From NCBI GenBank assembly GCA_043228905.1, contig JBHGNT010001322.1:1-9823 (forward strand): a stretch of DNA of 9,823 bases. Reading direction: 5' to 3'. Shown piece by piece: positions 8,425-9,823 of the stretch (the first letter of the stretch is position 1; each line of letters opens with the position of its first letter). The translations under genes and the position numbers were made by a program. Below the pieces are notes generated by a model. That model was not told where the DNA came from. It saw only the letters and a list, made by a program, of their open reading frames with translations, and made no database searches. Origin of the DNA: Azolla caroliniana (taxonomy: Eukaryota; Plantae; Polypodiophyta).

Positions 8425-8916
8425 AGTGCGAGGCAAGACTAATTGGGTCATGGTGTTTTCCATGTAAGCATCATTGAAATGGTTAGAAATATGCAAGAAA
8501 AACACTGTGGACATGAACATTCGGTGACCCATCTTCTGCAAGAAACCCGACACATCTTTCTCTTTGAGGAAAAGAAGCAAACTTGTGGTTTGTGGATGAA
8601 GATGACCCCTTTTCTTGTTAGGGGGATCACTGATCATGCCATCGCAAACGACTGCTGTGACAAGCCCACGGCTTCGGTAGTAGTCAGCAGAGAATGCGTC
8701 TTGTGGGTGCTTGATTCGGGAAAGGGCTTGAAGGATAGGTTTCTCTGGTGGTGATGGTGATGGCGATGGCGATGGTGATGGTGATGGTGATGATGGTGGT
8801 ACTGATGATGATTCAATGATCGAATAGAAACGAGACACCTGGCAGAAACAGGAGGAGGAGGAGGCGGAGAATGAGGGAGGAGACTTGAGGAAGCTCCTTC
8901 TGAGCCTGCTCTGCAT
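8425..8916 (-). CDS. rplY: Exon 1 of 3, nuclear-encoded organellar (probably mitochondrial) ribosomal protein bL25/TL5 family (50S ribosomal protein L25-like); presequence, Ser-Pro linker and most of the L25 domain
   Basis: ATG at 8916-8914; 164 codons end at ...VLPRT, followed by the canonical donor GTAAGT (8424-8419), phase 0. The segments LQALSR..., RSRGLVTAVV and VLPRTV resemble the L25 domain patterns (R..G.IPAV; VL...VQ). The symbol is the bacterial family symbol; orthology was not verified. Confidence 0.88.
8746..8799 (-). repeat. Coding hexanucleotide microsatellite (TCRCCA)n encoding PPSSPSPSPSPSPSPSPP
   Basis: Plus strand reads tggtga/tggcga x7, flanked by tgg/tga triplets, in frame in exon 1. 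Confidence 0.9.
8824..8916 (-). other. Probable mitochondrial targeting presequence (residues ~1-31)
   Basis: MQSRLRRSFLKSPPSFSASSSSCFCQVSRFY|S is Arg/Ser-rich with no acidic residues and ends in an R-3 type cleavage motif (R-x-Y|S). Plastid or dual targeting is not excluded. Confidence 0.65.
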
Positions 8917-9042
8917 AGCTCATGTCTTCTCTTTCTCGTCTTTCTGTTCCATAAGCTAAGCTTTTCATGGAATATGCCCTCTCCTCTTCTTCTTCTTCTT
9001 CTGAGGCTTTCCTTTATTTCCGTAGAATGCCCTTCATACAAT

Positions 9043-9062
9043 CCCCCCCCCCCCCCCCCCCC
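9043..9062. repeat. C20 homopolymer (G20 on the gene's sense strand)
   Basis: 20 consecutive C residues, 127 nt upstream of the ATG, next to CTT/GAA microsatellite sequence. Confidence 0.95.
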
Positions 9063-9092
9063 TTCTTCTTAATCTGCAATCACATTGTGTAA

Positions 9093-9202
9093 ATCCGATT
9101 CGATTTAATTAGATTAACTTTGGACCATCCGATTTGATTCAATTTATTAACTTTGGACCATTCCATTCGATTCAATTCGATGAACTTTGGACCATCCGAT
9201 TC
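9093..9202. repeat. 34-bp minisatellite, about 3.3 copies, upstream of the bL25 gene
   Basis: Units at 9093-9126, 9127-9159, 9160-9193 and a partial unit at 9194-9202. Consensus ATCCGATTCGATTCAATTCGATTAACTTTGGACC; invariant core AACTTTGGACCAT at 9116, 9149 and 9183. Confidence 0.92.
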
Positions 9203-9823
9203 CGTCTTCGATCACTCTTTGCTCTTTTCTTATGCCTACAAGGGGCATCAAGAGAAATAATGAAAAACTCGGGGGCATCTGCAAGAGGTAATAGAAACTC
9301 GAGAATAGAGAGGAGGGGAGGGTTAGGAAAAGTTATTCCTTAGTTATTCCATGTAAATACATAGTGATCGTCTATTTCCCCTCATGATACCATTCTTTTT
9401 TCATGAAATGATCGATTCGTTTCTAGCAATTGTATATGCTTGTAAGGGTCAAATGGATCGAAAACTGCTAATTCGTAAAGAGCCATTGAACCTTCCCAGC
9501 TGTGACTCGCTCTTGTCAAGGACTTGTCCATCAAGAATTTTTTATCTATAGACACAAGAGTGATCTTTGACTCGGGATTTCAAACATATAATTTGGAAAA
9601 ATTATATGACCTCTTTTCCTATCATTGTCAAAGCAATGCCATATTTTTTCTATTGAATCGATCGGATTGTGGACATTATAGACCATTTGGATAACTTAAA
9701 ATCATGTGGTATTTTGTAAATCATGTATTGGAGACTTTGTTTCTTCTTCAACACTTCTTTGAGACAATCTCTTTATGATTGTGTTCAATTTGCAAAAATC
9801 TCTCCCCAACGTTTCCACTTTAT

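Noticed and set aside
8443-8754. 103-aa plus-strand ORF and the 60-aa minus-strand ORF 8448..8630
   Set aside because: Antisense and alternative-frame shadows of bL25 exon 1, with no independent support.
8634-9041. 135-aa minus-strand ORF with poly-His, poly-Pro and poly-Arg runs
   Set aside because: It starts at TTG with no ATG until the penultimate codon. It is a shifted-frame reading of exon 1 and its microsatellites.
9093-9202. CRISPR-like look of the regularly spaced 13-bp cores (also the intron 1 array)
   Set aside because: The intervening sequences are similar to each other rather than unique spacers, the context is eukaryotic and there are no cas genes.
9134-9343. 69-aa plus-strand ORF, and AGGGTTAGG near 9320 as a telo-box
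   Set aside because: The ORF has a TTG start and runs through the minisatellite. The motif does not match the AAACCCTA telo-box consensus.

Overview
AT-rich eukaryotic nuclear DNA, most likely from a land plant (GT-AG introns, TTTAGGG-type repeats, decayed transposon debris). The one well-supported gene is on the minus strand: a three-exon gene, complement(join(4927..5129,7067..7193,8425..8916)), 822 nt, encoding a 273-aa bacterial-type ribosomal protein bL25/TL5 (CTC) family member with a probable mitochondrial presequence. Splice sites and phases match exactly. Around it are a 34-bp promoter minisatellite, a C20/G20 tract, four upstream ATGs, a degenerate ~80-95-bp repeat array in intron 1, a decayed Ty3/Gypsy RT-RNase H fragment in intron 2, and a tandem duplication of the stop codon plus proximal 3' UTR. 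The left ~4.7 kb looks intergenic and repeat-derived: an unrecognised, left-open 221-aa ORF, short telomere-type repeats in opposite orientations and a possible decayed Helitron 3' end. I found no convincing new multi-gene system. The best leads are the divergent bL25 protein, its uORF-rich leader and the orphan ORF.
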